A stretch of DNA of 64,000 bases from Camelus ferus (lineage: Eukaryota). Within the stretch, counting starts at the first letter, position 1, and the number at the start of each line of letters is the position of its first letter. Under the pieces are notes generated by a model. That model was given only the letters and a program-made list of their open reading frames with translations. It ran no database searches and was not told the origin of the DNA. This document shows, one piece after another, positions 1 through 13,595 of the stretch. A program made the translations under genes and the position numbers. Location: contig NC_045696.1 of NCBI RefSeq assembly GCF_009834535.1, forward strand, positions 75,456,001-75,520,000, read 5' to 3'.

Positions 1-720
1 AATGAAATATTTGAAATCCTAGATGAAATGAATAATTTGCTATCAAAATGTAAGTTGGTAAAGCTGAATGAGAAATGAAACAAAAACTTTGATAAAGCAA
101 TCATCATGGAAGAGATAAGATCGAAATTAGATATCTAGGTCTGTGGAAAGCCCAGAAACATGTATTTACAGCTGAAATTTTATCTAAACCTTAAGGAACA
201 GGTCATTCTAAAGCTGTTTCTAATCCAGATCATAGAAAAATGAGTAAATCATTTAATTTGATTTTACAAAGTCAATATAACTTAGTACCAAAACAGGATA
301 AAGTTATTTCTGGAAAAAAAAAAAAAGAGAGAAACAAAAACCATGTAAAGAGGGAAAGAATGATCAGGATCATTAATGGATATGGATTTAAGATTCTAAA
401 TAAAATATTAGAAAATAAAATACAGCAAGATATCAAAAAATAATATATTGTGACAAAGTTGGATTTATTCAAGTCATGCAACATCCATCAATCTATCAAC
501 ATAAGCCTTCAACAAATTCAAAGAGAAAAGCCATGTGATCTTACTGGAAGATGTTGAAAGGCTTTTGATAAAAGTCAGCAGCCAGCCCTAATAAAATTCT
601 AAGTAAAATAGGAAAAGAAGAAAACTGCTTAACATAATAAAGACTATTTATCAAGATCTAACAGCAAGTATCCTAAATGTGAAGCTCTCAAGTCACTCCA
701 ATTAAAATAAGGAATTAGAG
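1..720 (+). mobile_element. Old degenerate LINE-1 ORF2 fragment (reverse transcriptase region)
   Basis: ORF 240-443 ends KILNKILENKIQQDIKK, like L1 ORF2 KILNKILANRIQQHIKK. Downstream DNA follows the DQVGFIPGMQ and DAEKAFDK segments, with stops and frameshifts. Confidence 0.9.
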
Positions 721-999
721 ATTCTCAGTTTAAATTTCTCAATGGATTTTCCATTGGTCTGTTCAGATAGTTCAAGCTTCTTGACATATGAAGCCATTCC
801 TATGTGGCCTCTGGCTACTTTTTTTTAGTTTCGTTTTCTTCAGTTAACTTACACATAGGTCACTGCCCATCCACATCTGCTTCTAGTCCCCCCCACCCCG
901 CCCCGCATTGATGTTGTTCACTTTCCCATCAATTGCTTTTGCTCAGGCTGCCTTCTTTTGCCTTTGTGCCTGCCCATCCCTCTCCTCTCATTTTTGTCT

Positions 1000-1185
1000 G
1001 AGCAAGTCCTCATCTCTAAGACCCAGCTCCTACCCTCCTATAAATGCCCTTGCATTTCTCTAATACTGCTCTTGAGAAATACTGCTTGAGCCCAGAAATA
1101 GGGTCCCAATTTCCTTTGTAACCTATTGTCTAACACTGCCTGGCACACAAATTGCATGTAATAGAAGTTAACTGAATTAAAGTGT
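1000..1185 (+). mobile_element. L2 3' fragment
   Basis: Contains the L2 3'-end-like tail aacactgcctggcacaca...actgaatt. Confidence 0.55.
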
Positions 1186-2129
1186 GAAGAGATGAACAAA
1201 ATCCATGAATACTATGACCTCTGTTGTCTTGCTTCCTTCTCCCTAGTAACAGTGATGGGGTGATTTCCTGCTGAGATGCTCACTCATGATGATGACAAAA
1301 CTTGTCTCTTTGTATGTAGATGAGTTCTCTTTTGTTTTATGACCCATATGCGTACTTGACAAATGATGCTGTTAATGCATTTTACTTGCCGTCTGCTTCA
1401 TGAACTGCCAGTCCTGTCCATATCTGCTAAATTATTTGTCTGTTCCTTTGTTTTTGCCATTGTGTACTGACAGAATGGAGAGGTGAGGATGGGGGCAGAA
1501 AAGATGTTTCAGAAGCTCTGTTAAGTGACCCAGAAGTCTTTACTTTGCAGATGTTGTTTCATATAAATTCTCTAGTGTCCTGCTGGGTTGCTTTTCTTGG
1601 CTAACAACTCATTGGACGTTTTGACAACCCTTGCTTGTAAAGTGTGCACTTTAATACTTTAAGTACAATTCCCAAGATTGTCTAGGAGAAATTGACCCTG
1701 AATGGATTCAAAAGAGTTCAGTCAGTCAGCCTGAGTCTTCATTTGCTGAAATTAGCCACTTCTTGTAGATTTTTTGGTCTCCTTTTCCAGCTTCTGCCAT
1801 CTGCTATTGTTACATAGTGCAGGTGTGCAGGGCCTTCTTGTTCTCCTGTAAACATGACTCTGCCATCCCCTTTATTTGTTTGGTCACTAGTTATTGAATT
1901 GTTGGTGGTTTGACTGACCATTCCTCAAAATAGCTGCTTCAGATGCTACTTCTCCAAGGGGAATGAGAAGTAGTAGCTAATGTGCTTTATAGTTAATAGC
2001 TCAGATTTAATTGCTTTCTCCTAATTCAATATGCACAATTTTTAATAAGCTATGTAATTTATGCTCAATTGTCCAGTTTACTTGGGCATGTAAAATGTAC
2101 CATCTGGAAATCAACATCATTTTCCTCTA

Positions 2130-2385
2130 TCTTCAAAACTCATTTCAAGTACCACGTTCTTAGGGAGGTCTTGCCTGACTCCAATCAGAATGAGTCAGAA
2201 TTTCCTCTTCTACTCATGTCAGTATTTTAAATGTGTCACATTTTATTTCAGTTATTTGTATCTCTTTTACTGAGGGCTGAAGCTGTGTTGGATATGTATT
2301 TTTACTTTGTAGCTTCCTTTATTAGCACAATCAGCAAGTGCTTCAAAATTAGCAGATGCTCAGGAAAGATGTATAGCCTGACTGA
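2130..2385 (+). mobile_element. L2 3' fragment
   Basis: Contains cttcaaaactcatttcaagtaccac...gggaggtcttgcctgac and a degenerate L2 tail. Confidence 0.55.
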
Positions 2386-4199
2386 CCAGCCACCGTAGTT
2401 TGAACTCCTTATATCCACCTTTGTGGGTCCTTAAAAAATGCAGAAAACCAGTGGTAGGGAATATCCTAATCAGAAACTTCCAGTCATACTTCTTTAGAAG
2501 CCTGGTTTACTGGTGGATTTGTAGTTGGAAAGCTGGGTTTCAGTATCGTGGCTGCCATTTTGGAACTGTGTGTCCTTGGGAAAGTCATGTGCACTCAGCC
2601 TGTCCATTTGTAACATGGAAATACTAATATGTTGTGGCCACTTCATACAGGTGTTTTGAGAACCAAGTAAGAGGACAGTTGATAAAATTTAAGGCAGTAT
2701 GCAGAAGAAAGCTGTTGAAGTTGCTTCTGCTCATTTTGACATATTCAGTGCACCCACATAGGTGATATGATATTCTAAATTTTTTGCACTTAAATGCCAT
2801 CTGAAAAAATGATGTATCACACAAGCGGTATTCAGCACTCTAAGAGATGATGAGGGTGATTTTGCCTTCTGGGTTTAACCAAAGCTTTGGTAATCCCCAA
2901 AGATAGAAATATGTCAGGTTACAAAAAGGGAAAATGAAATAAATAATTGGAGCATCTTTCTGTAAAACTGGTTGCTGAATTTTCTTCGGGGGTTTTTGGT
3001 TTTTTTTTTGAGAATAAATGGGATTCCTTATATTCATATACACAGGAGGCATCTGACCAAATCAGGCTGTCTATATAAGACCTTTATTGAATAATTCCAA
3101 AGGAATTTCACACTCTTGCCCTCCTTGATATGAGGTCGTAGAATTCAACTGGCTTCAAATAGACCCATGTGTACTGGGAAGTTGCTTCTGCTTCCCCTCC
3201 CTCTGCATATTCTGCTGAGTTTGATTGATGCCTGCTGGCCTTCCAGTTGTTAAGTGATGGATTACTGATCAAACACTATCTCTCTGACAGGGCCTAGAAT
3301 GATTTAGAAAACTTCAAATTTTACTTTCACGTGGAAGACCCATAATCACTACCTTCTCTTTGCTAGTTCCTTCAGTCTTCCAATCATTATTATCACAGTT
3401 CCTTTTTTGGGGTAATCAAAAACTGCTTAGAGACTAAATTGTCCACCTCTATGCTGGAAAATTTGGTACACAGGGCCTTTATCAGGTCTCTAAGCTGCTT
3501 TCTTCATCACCTGGGACAGGCATTTTTTTGTCTATGACCTTAAATTAATTTTATGCTAGCAACTAGCTGCACTTATCAAAGCATTGAGGACTAATTTATT
3601 TCTTTTATCTTAAAAAATAGATTCAAGTTCTATTATAACACTTGAAAAAAATTCCACATCCTTTGATCTCATCCCCTTATTGCTTTTTAAAATCATAGTT
3701 ACTTGGTCTTTTAGAACTGATATACTAAAAACTGATTATGATAAAACAATACAGACCACTTCTTTGGAAAAGGACAGATAGAACAGACTGAAGTGCAGAA
3801 ACAAAAATGCAGTAAAGATAAGCCCAAAGAAAGATTTGCAAAAATGTTACAGATTTCTTCACTGAACTCTTTGAGATGTCATTGATTCAGATGTTACTTA
3901 CTTTGGTTACAAGACTTCATTCTACTGAACATCAGTTGTTACTTCCCTAGAGTAGCATTTTTTTTTAAAGATCATTTTCTGGTTATGTTTCTCGTCTGAG
4001 AAGCTGTTCTGACTTACATTCCAGGACAATAAAATAGTTGCCTGCTGTTGTTAATGGGTTTTTAGCTCAATTAATGAAATTAATATACGTCTAGGAACAT
4101 ACTTGAGATTAATGGGAAATTATAGGTCTGTAACCCCAACTTTTTAACAGAGAAAACCATTATAAAATGTATGTTTCCAGAACACCAGAGTTGATATAG

Positions 4200-4400
4200 A
4201 ATCTGGCCTAAAAATACCTGCCTTTGAATCTGACTTTTGCCATTTACTTTTATATGAATCAGGGCTGGCCCTTTAATTTCCATGGGCTTCTGTTTTCTTA
4301 TCAACTAAATAGGGCTTACAACAGCTACCTCATATAGATGCCATTAGGTTCAGTTATTTGAAAGTTTTTTTTTTAACACTCTAAAGCATAGTACAATTCA
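4200..4400 (+). mobile_element. MIR SINE
   Basis: MIR core-like tttgaatctgacttttgccatttact...tgttttcttatcaactaaatagg. Confidence 0.65.
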
Positions 4401-4699
4401 AATTCGCATTATGGTTATTGCTTATCAAGATCAAACACTGTCAGAAGAACCTAATCTCCTTTAGGGCAGGAGGAAAGCTATGCTTCCTATAGATGTCATT
4501 TCCCTTGACCTTGGTAATGCTTCTAGCTTGAGATTTGTTGCACAGTATCAACCCTTATGGAAATATGGCTGAGGACATATACAGTTCCTAGGTATGTTTC
4601 TAACATCTGGTTGGAAACATAATCTGAGAATGGTCCTTAAAAATAAATGGCGGCCTGGGGAGGTAGCCAGTGTTGTTCAATAGGAAGAAGTCTTGGGTC

Positions 4700-5070
4700 T
4701 AGGGTAACTCACCAAGGTAAATTTCAATCAATGACACAAAGAGAGTTCAAAGAGACTATTAAATTATTGAAGTATACCAATGACAAGATTGTATAAGCTG
4801 GTTCTACCACTTTGATAAAAGATAGATTCAGAATTCAAAGTGACCTTGGTGGTTTAGAAAAGACATCAGAAATAGACTCACTGAAGTTTTGTCTAACTAG
4901 GAGCACAGGTAGACACAGGATAGGAGGAAGGCCCTAATGTGCCCATATATATGGGGGAGAAGACCAGGCTATGTGTGAGGAGGCAGAAACAGAGAGTGAG
5001 GTTCTAGGTAGTTATCAGATTGCTGTGAGTCAGCAATGCGGCACTGCAGTTAGAAAGCGAGCTGAGTGCA
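4700..5070 (+). mobile_element. L3/CR1 LINE fragment
   Basis: attcaaagtgaccttg and tgtgagtcagcaatgcggcactgcagttagaaagc resemble the CR1 ORF2 3' region (MSQQC motif). Confidence 0.65.
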
Positions 5071-5534
5071 GCAGGGCACGGCAGGGAGGTGGCATGGAGC
5101 AAAACCTGAAGGTGCAGCTCCTCTTGGAGGGAGAGCTGGGCAGGTCACACTGGATGGCTAGTTTGGGGAGCCCTGTGGTCTTCCTGGCTCAGGATACTGC
5201 CTCTGATTAAATACCTGTAAATTTTCATTTAGGACACCTACCCTGATTTCTTTTGTAGAGGGTTAAGGTGGGAGCCATAGAGATGAATTACATATGGGAG
5301 AGTGCAATTATCTAAAAGGTGAATGCTATGCCCCAACCATCTTAACCCTGTTATTAAAGAATTATTTGTGAGTTGTTTAGAAATTTTCAAAATATTTCAA
5401 GGACATCCCAACTTTTAGCTCTAATCAACACTTCATAAATAATTCCATAAGTTTACTATTCATAAAGGTACTGTGCACAGAGACCATTGCACTGCCTGTC
5501 TTGTCTAAACTTGCTTCCTTCCAGACAGCCCCAC

Positions 5535-5840
5535 TCCCTTCTGTCTGCCTGCTGAACTGCTCCTCATCCTTCAGGTCCCAGCCAGAGCCTCACTCCTGTG
5601 TGAAGCCCTTTTTGACCTTCCTGGGAAGAGTTACATCCTTTGTGCTTGCTTCTGCTGCATCTTGTACATTTCCTTGTTAGAGGCTCATTAATCACACTAG
5701 ATAGATTTAGAATGTGAGCTTCTTGAAGGTATGGGTAAAATCTTATTCATCTTTGTATTCTCATCACCTAGAAGGGTTCCTGGCACATGGTGTGTGCTCA
5801 ATAAATATTTATTGAATGATTCAAGTAAAGGAATGAATGA
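5535..5840 (+). mobile_element. L2 3' end
   Basis: Canonical cctggcacatggtgtgtgctcaataaatatttattgaatga terminus. Confidence 0.9.
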
Positions 5841-7039
5841 AGGCAAGTGTGTAAGTACAAGATCTATGTGGGTAGGTAAAAAAAAAAAAAAAAAAAAAAA
5901 AGCCTGGTATTTAACCCAAAGAAAGAGCCTTCAACTTTGTGCATTGCCTAGTATGTACCCCACAGGCACTCAGGGAGTTGCATTTTAAGCTGAATTTTCA
6001 GTTTCCAGTGAACTATAAAGAAGTCTTTGCTAGTAACAGCTAGGCATAGTCTTTCCTCCCTTTCCCTACAGGGGAAGAGCTAGACTAAGTCCCTTTCAAC
6101 TTTAAGATCCTTTCTTTCCTCATGCTAAGCTCCAGCACTTACTATTCTTTGGCCTGGACGAGTTTGCTGAGGGTCCATGATGGAGACAGAATCAGCCTGA
6201 AAGGCACAGTTCCACCTTCAGCAACCTGCAGGAGGCTTCCTCTGTTGAAGCGATCTAAAAGTTTAACGAGTGGTGACATTTTTGTATTGTCACATATTCA
6301 CTTAAAAATGAAAAGCAATGTGAAGCCAGCACTTGTGTTTTTGAAGGCTGCAATGCATAAATGTGTCTTTTTGACTCTGTAAGTCTCTCTTCTCATGGAA
6401 AGTTTGATCAGAGGGAAACAAAAAATCTTAACCCTAGCATTGTCTCCAAATGTTCTGTGTTTGTCCTTTGCATGAAACATTTGATGCCTGTTGAGGATTT
6501 TAATGATCTGTTCCTGACTCCGGAGTGGCTCATCTCTGAGACGTGATTCCCTCCATCAACTACCATTTTTGTTTCAGAAACAAACAGAGCAACAGGAAAC
6601 TGCATCATGTGCCTAATGGCATGTGTTAAAAACAACAAAAAATCTCCGTTTTCCTCCAGCTCATTTTTAATATTAATCTTTCCGTGAGCATGTTCAGCTG
6701 TCTTTACTGTTGTCAACATGTTTCTGGGCAGGCTAACTGGGGTGTCAGCAAACAGCAGCAGCAGGAAACCTCCAGTCCTGACAGTTACCGAAGACTCCCC
6801 TCCAAGCAGTGAGTTTAAAAGGCACATACTAATTTTTGTAAACCTTAGACTCTCAACAAGCTTATTTATGTTATGATTTAATTGAATGTTTAAAAATGTT
6901 ATGGTTTTTACAGTGCCTCCTGATTTTATTAGTTCCTTTTACCAACAAATGAGTTATGGATATTTTAATTTATAGATGCATTCATAAGAGTCTGGAAGAT
7001 ACAATTCGTCAGTCACAGATATCAAGACTTCAGTGAGGG

Positions 7040-7270
7040 ACCCAGTAGTGGTGAGAGCGTGAGCTTGGGAGCCAAGGACACCTAAATTCGATTTATGGCT
7101 CTGTAGTGTCCTGGCTTTATGACTGGAGAATGAGCTGCTCTCTGCCTCAGCTTCCCCATTTATGAAGTAAGGTTAACATTATCTCCTTTGTAGAGTTATT
7201 GACAAAATTAAATCTTACTACATGAATAGCTCTTAGTACAGTCTTAGATACCTATCAAATTCTTGATAAA
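7040..7270 (+). mobile_element. MIR SINE
   Basis: gtagtggtgagagc head and ctctgcctcagcttccccatttatgaag core. Confidence 0.8.
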
Positions 7271-8514
7271 TTATGATGGCGGTGAAGATGCAATTTTTCA
7301 GCAGGCAGGATTCAGCCTGACAGGTATATTCCTGGACTGTTTGGAGAACTCAAACCCTTATTTGTAAAAACAAATTCCACTCCCTAGGATGGGAAAATTG
7401 AAAGGTTTTCACAGTGTTAATTTTCAAATTTCTTGAAAAGCACAAAACAGCTGAAAGTTTCACCTGTTTAGACTTTCTACTAACAACATTGAGGATACAA
7501 AGCCCATTCTATGTAAATGTAGACACTGTATTTATCATTTATTTTCTGAATCTCTACATGTCTTGGACCTTTATTTTATTTAAACACTTGAGTGATAATT
7601 AAGTTGCAGGAGTATTTATGGCCAGTTTATGTTTGAGTGACCTTCTCTTAGTCTTGAATGCCCTGCAAACAGTTTCTGACAAATAATTATATTTGGGAGA
7701 AATTTACAAAAGAGGATCAGTAGAAATAAAAAAGGTGTTGGTATTTTAAGGCAATTAATATTTTAGGTTCCTTGGTAGTAAAAATAGGACTTTACCAGAT
7801 GGCAGATGTCTTTTTGGTTACCAATGTCATGCTGTATTTTGAATGAAGAGATGTCAGGGGGAGGAGTTTTTGAGAACAGCTTTTTCAGATCATACCAAGG
7901 CATGCAGTATGGGGCTTGGGAATTGAGGAAGAAATGGAATAAACAAGGAAGGTATTTTTATTGCATAAGTACATGAACTTTGTTCTCTTGAGAAAATGTA
8001 ACTTTTTCACATGAAATTATGCATGAGGGCTGTGGAATTCTGTGCTGGGGATATGTGTTGGAAATGGAGCACGTGAAGACAATGACATTCCGGATATCTC
8101 AGGGTAGGGGTCTTCAAAGTAGCTAAGAAAATGCCTCCCTGAGGAGATTTCCAGGGACAGAATAGAGAGACAGGACAGCAGGTCTGTCCCGCTCTGGGCT
8201 CCTCTGCAGTGTTCTTCTTCCTGTGTCACTCATGGATTGATGTAAAGACTCTTGTAAGCCCCTGGGAAAGGCACTGGGGAAACAAATGTATCCCCCAGAC
8301 CGCTCATAGCCTGGTAGAGATAGTAGAATTTAGCTCCCATTTACAGACAGGAGCCAAGGCTAGAGCAAAGCCAAGATCTCTTAACTATGGCAGCTGGTGG
8401 CAGTTAGACCTGAGCCCAAGGTTTTTCTCAGTTTGACATTCTCAGACCTTTTCATGTTTCTTGTGAGGGCACTGGAGAATCAAATGGCTGAACCATGAAA
8501 GGACCTCAGTGATA

Positions 8515-8740
8515 AATAATAACTGACATTTACTGAACACCTACTGTGTGCCAGAATCCTCACAGGTACAATCTCTTCTCCCTTGTAAAGCCCTCAGGAC
8601 AGGTATTATCTCCATTCCACTGGAACCACAGGGAACTGAGGACCATAGCGGTTGAGTAAATAGCTCAGAGTTGCACTGAGCTATCATTTAAACTCATATC
8701 TTTCTTGAGCCAAAGCCCATGCTCTTCCCATGATCACATG
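8515..8740 (-). mobile_element. MIR SINE
   Basis: aataactgacatttactgaacacctactgtgtgccag...ggaactgaggac is the reverse complement of MIR. Confidence 0.8.
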
Positions 8741-8919
8741 GCTCTTTAGGGTATGCCTATATCTTCTGGCCTATTCGCATTTCTTTTAGCATCAAGGTGA
8801 GGTTGAGAGGAAATATACATAGTTATATGAGTTGATTATACATCCAGATGTCAGTGTAGCCCCAAAGCATGAAGTATGTGTCAATATTTTTTTTTCCTAT
8901 AGTATTTTGTCATGATGAA

Positions 8920-9115
8920 GCAGGATAGTATGTGGAAAGGACACAAATTGGGAAGTTAGGCCATGTAGATTTTAGTCCGAGTTGCATCACTGCAAAGTTG
9001 TGGCCTTGGATAAATCATTTAACCCCCTGTGCCCCAGTTATTTCAAACAAAAACGAGGAGTAGACTAAATTACTGTACCTCTAAATTTTCTTCCAGGTGT
9101 AACACTCAGTGATTT
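8920..9115 (+). mobile_element. MIR/MIR3 SINE
   Basis: tggccttggataaatcatttaaccccctgtgccccagtt core. Confidence 0.75.
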
Positions 9116-10094
9116 TTTAAAAGACCTTGAAACCCTTCACTAACATAAATCTGCACCCCCCAACCAACTACCATGTTTTCATATGAAAAGATTTGGATAC
9201 TCACATAGCAGATAAGTTATTTCGGGTCCATTTTGAGTGCAAATAGACTCTCACCCTCCTGACTGAGTCATCAATGATGCTACAGTAGATTCAGGAGCAC
9301 ACTTTACAAATAATTCCCAATATTCATGAAGATAATTAACTTATGCAGGCATTTGGAGACATAATACAATCTTGGAAATATCATCTGATGCTGGAAATGT
9401 TTACTAAAGATTTATTTATTTCCCCAGTCAGCTGAGGCATGAGCGGGAAAGAGAAGATATTTTCATGGTTTTATGTGCTCTGTGGGTACTTTCTTGGAAA
9501 TCTCCCTAGCTTTATTATTTGCTTTCTAGACTGATTAATTATTTTGAGAAAATTATGTAAGCAAATGCTAGTGAAAGAATTACAAACTGAAATGCCCATG
9601 TTAACATATGTCATCATGAGGTGATTGCTGAGTTGAACACCTAAATGCAGAATCTCTACACCCATCGTGACCACCCTTGACAGTGACCCTTGAAGTTAGG
9701 CATTGTCATCTTCTTTTAATCAGTTTTATTGAGATACAATTCACAGCAAGGATTCAAAAATCTTTCAGAATTTATGTTACATGCTCAAAGGATACTCTTG
9801 TGTATGGTAAAAATACTACTTGAGCCCAGATCTATTTTACTAAAAGAACTATGTTTTTCATTAAGTTCCCTTCATGATCACTGGAGGATGAGAAGGAGTG
9901 AGTGTTGTGAGATGAGCAATCTTGTTTACTCTGTGCATGCAGAGAATGGGACTTCCTACACCAGAACGTGAGGACTTGTGATGGGCTAAGGAGGGTCATG
10001 ACTTCGAGCTGTACACTGGTGCTCTGCAAGCATTTCCCTTTCACCCTATGTACAAGTGTTTTATTTTCTTTTGATCATTGTCCACTCTTTCAAA

Positions 10095-10260
10095 ATCTTA
10101 GAACCACCAACATTTAGAGGTTATCTGGTTCAGCCCTCAGTTTTACAAATGAGATGATAGACACTCAGGGAGAAAAAATAACTTACTCAAGGTCACATGC
10201 TCATCTAAGGTTGACTAAAAGTAGAATTCGGAAAGTTGTGTTTAATTTGCCATACTCTCT
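10095..10260 (-). mobile_element. MIR/MIR3 SINE
   Basis: ttttacaaatgagatgatagacactcag...acttactcaaggtcacat. Confidence 0.75.
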
Positions 10261-10953
10261 TCCCTGCTTCTTTCATCCACTTTAACCCTTGATCTGCTTG
10301 AGTGACAGTAAGGTAAACTCAGGCCTTTGGAGCCATGGTAATACCAAACTTTGTCACTGCAGTGTAATAGAACTGCATATATGTGTCACACATAAAACTT
10401 TTGAAGAAACTGTCTTTGTTATAGGGAAAAAAAGTTAGTTGCATTACATTTAATCTAGAGATTTTGGAACAAAGAAAGCATCTTTCACTATTGCCTCTAG
10501 CAGAACAAGTGTAGTAGGAAGTTCATAATTTGAATATATTAAACAATTTGGAGCACAGTTGTTTCTATCTAAAGATAGACTAAAGCAGAATTTCTCACCT
10601 TGAACATTTATTTTCTCTTTATATTACAGATACTCAGCATAAGCAGCAATTTCATGTTACCTAATTAACCCACACTTTTGATATTTTAGGGAAATATTGT
10701 TATTATGCTTCTGATTATCCTCCCACATTCTTGCCTCTGCTTCTAAATTTTTACTATGGCCTCTGTTTTTGTTTTACTTGCTTTCTTTTAAAAAAAACGT
10801 GCACACAAAAATCTTCCATTATGTAAGTGAAAATAAATGGAAGTTTTTTTTACTTGATGTATTAATGTAAAAGTCTACATGAAACCTTTGTTAAGATTTT
10901 TTTTTCTCTTTTGGGCATGCCACATTATTGTTTAAGTTTGTCAGTTTAATTTT

Positions 10954-11160
10954 GTTTTTATTGAAGTATATTCAGCTTACAATGTGCTAATTTCTGGTGT
11001 GCAGCATAGTGATTCAGTTATACATATATATATTCTTTTCATATTTTTATTATAGATTATTACAAGATACTGAATATAGTTCCCTGTGCTATGCAGTAGG
11101 ATCTTGTTGTTTTTCTATTTTATATATAGTAGTCGGTATCTGCAAATTCTGAACTCCCAA
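10954..11160 (-). mobile_element. Young 5'-truncated L1 3' end (cetartiodactyl type) with 12-bp TSD
   Basis: Reverse complement of an L1 3' UTR (ttattgaagtata...gcatagtgattcagttatacatata...). Flanked by CAGTTTAATTTT at 10942-10953 and 11161-11172. Confidence 0.9.
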
Positions 11161-11189
11161 CAGTTTAATTTTTTATTGAAATGATATCA

Positions 11190-12042
11190 TCACAGATTGG
11201 TTTCTCTGGCAGTAAATGCTGAGATGGAGTTTAGGGTATGTCTCAGTTTCCTAGGCTGGCCATAACAAAGTGCCACAAATGGGTGGCTCACACAAAAGAA
11301 ATGTACTGTCTCATAGTTCCGGAGGCTGGAAGTCCAAGATCAGGGTGCAGCAGGGTTGGCTCCTCCTAAGATCTGTGAGGGAAGGATCTCTTTCAAGCCT
11401 CTCTTCTAGCTCTGGTGGTTTGCTGGAAATCTTTGGCATTCCTTGGCTTGTGACAGCATCACCCCAATCTCTGCTTTTATCCTCACGCAGCATTCTCCCT
11501 TTGTGGATGTCTGTGTCCAAGTTCCCCCTTTTATAAGTCCACAGTCATACTGGATTAAAGTCTGCTTTACTTCAGTGTGACCTTAACTAGTTGTATCTGC
11601 AATAACTCTGTTTCCAAATAAGGCCACATTCTTAGGTCCTAGGGGTTAGGCTGTCAACATATGAATTTGTGGGGGACATAATTCAACCCACAAAGGGTAC
11701 AAAATGCATATGTATCAGGGTAAGTTGCAAGAAGCAGCACAGAGCAAAGAAAAAGTTTAAATTTTGATGCAGGCCCCCACAAAGCCTCAGACCATCTGGC
11801 AACTAGAAACAAATATTGCCCATCAGAGTGTCGTTCTGAGAGGCCTTTAAACTCTGTCTCTCTTGGTCCTCAGGTGCGAGCTGCCTGGGAAGGGTTTAGC
11901 CTCAGGCAAGGCGTTTGTCTATGCAGAGGCAGACCCTAAAGGCACTGACAGGTGAAGGCTGGCTGCATACAACACTCCCCATCTGGACAGCAAGTCCTTC
12001 CATGCAAGGACATCTGGGCGGTGCATCTTCATGTCTCCCACA
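11190..12042 (-). mobile_element. LTR16/LTR33-like ERVL solo LTR, split by an MLT1 insertion
   Basis: gctgagatggagtt...gaagcagcacagagcaaag body. The right end reverse-complements to tgtgggagacatgaagatgcaccgcccagat, an LTR16/33-type start. Confidence 0.6.
11239..11694 (-). mobile_element. MLT1 (MaLR) solo LTR with 5-bp TSD
   Basis: tgtctcagtttcctaggctggccataacaaa...gggggacataattcaacccaca. GGGTA is duplicated at 11234-11238 and 11695-11699. Confidence 0.92.
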
Positions 12043-12462
12043 AATATAGTGAGTATTATTGACCTCTGTGAAGCTTAAAGAAAAACCTTAATCTCAAAAA
12101 TATTAATCTTGTACAAATATCTTTCTTTCCTACTTAAATGACTGACACTGTTCTCGATTGCCTACAGGTTAAGATATAAATCCCCTAATCTGGCTCTCGA
12201 GACACTCTGTGTTGGACTCATATCTATTTCCATCTCTCTCTCCTCTTCCGCAGAGTCCTCTGTTCTAGCCAAGCTGATTTTTGTCTATGTAGGACATAAC
12301 CTTCCCATTCTTGTCTCCCCTGCTTTACTCAAGTGAAACTCCTTCCTTAATATTCTTCACCTGCTGAGGTGTAACAGTGACATTGAAAAGGCAGATTTCA
12401 GTCCAGTTGGAAAAGCCTTGAAGGCCAGACTAAGGTTTGTAATTAAGTCTGTAGTCTAATCT

Positions 12463-12694
12463 AAGGGTTGACAAAATATAGTTCAAAGGTCAAATCTAGA
12501 CCATCATCTGTCATTGTAAATAAAGTTTTATTGGAACACAGCCATGCCCTTTTGCTTGCATACTGTCTGTGGTTATTATTACACTTCAGTTCTGCTTAAT
12601 GGTAGGGTTGTATAGTTACAACAGAGACTGTGTGGCCCACAAAACCTAAAATATTTACTATCTGGCTTTTTACAGAAAAGGTTTACTGACCCTC
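12463..12694. mobile_element. MER58A-like hAT-Charlie non-autonomous DNA transposon
   Basis: gtaaataaagttttattggaacacagccatgc...aaaatatttactatctggc...tttacagaaaa. Confidence 0.85.
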
Positions 12695-12847
12695 TAATCC
12701 AACTTTTCCTTTGTAGTAGAAAAAATACAACCTTTCTCACGAAGTTCTCTGGATGGTTTCTGCCCTAACTGATCTCCAAACTCTAAACTCATAAGGCACA
12801 TAGCTAATTTCCTGTGTTGGTATTTGTGCTTCTGAGGTCTATGTCCC

Positions 12848-13595
12848 TGTGATATTGTGATTTATAGTAAGAAATACATGTTTGGTCTTTGTTTCTGGCA
12901 CAGAGGTCCTAAAACCATTGGAATTTCTTAAGAGTTGAGAGGGCTAAATGTGTCTTTTGTTATGTTAATAAGGTGACTTTAGGTTACCTTAAGATGGGGG
13001 CTGGTTGCCAGAGGTACTAGGTATCCAGAGAGTTGGAACTTTCAGTCTCCCTACCTCTAGTGAGGGTGGCAGGTACTGGAGGAATTCAATCACCAGTGGC
13101 AAATGACTGAATCAATCACGCCTGTGTAATGAAGCCTCCATAAAAACCCAAGAGGACAGGGCTCAGAAGGCTTCCTGGTTGGTGAACATGTGGAGATTTG
13201 GCGAGAGTGTTGAGCCCCAGGAGCATGGAAGCCTGACACCCCTTTCCACGTGCCTTGCCTAAGCATCTCTTCCATTTGGCTATTCCTGAGTTATATAGAT
13301 TTATAATAAACTGGTGATCTAGTAAGTAAAATGTTCTCTGAGTTCTGGGAGCTGCTCTAGTAAACTAATCAAGTCCAAGGAGGCGGTCATTGGAACTTCT
13401 GATCTGTATAGCTAGTGGTCTGGAATCACAGGTGACAACTAGTGCTCATTGTGTATTGAAAGCCAATACACTATCTCTGGGTAGGTAGTGTCAGAATTGA
13501 GTTGAATTGTAAGACACCTAACTGGTGTCTAAGAATTGCTTGGTGTGAGGAAAAAGCCCACACATTGGAACTGGTGTCATAATTGTAATCCCACA
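12848..13595 (+). mobile_element. MER21-like solo LTR
   Basis: TG...CA ends. Start tgtgatattgtga...tttggtctt...cctaaaaccattggaatttc, with internal aataaa. Confidence 0.85.

Noticed and set aside
6408..6827. 139-aa ORF in unique DNA
   Set aside because: No recognisable domain or splice boundaries. Length is compatible with chance, though the region may be a noncoding conserved element.
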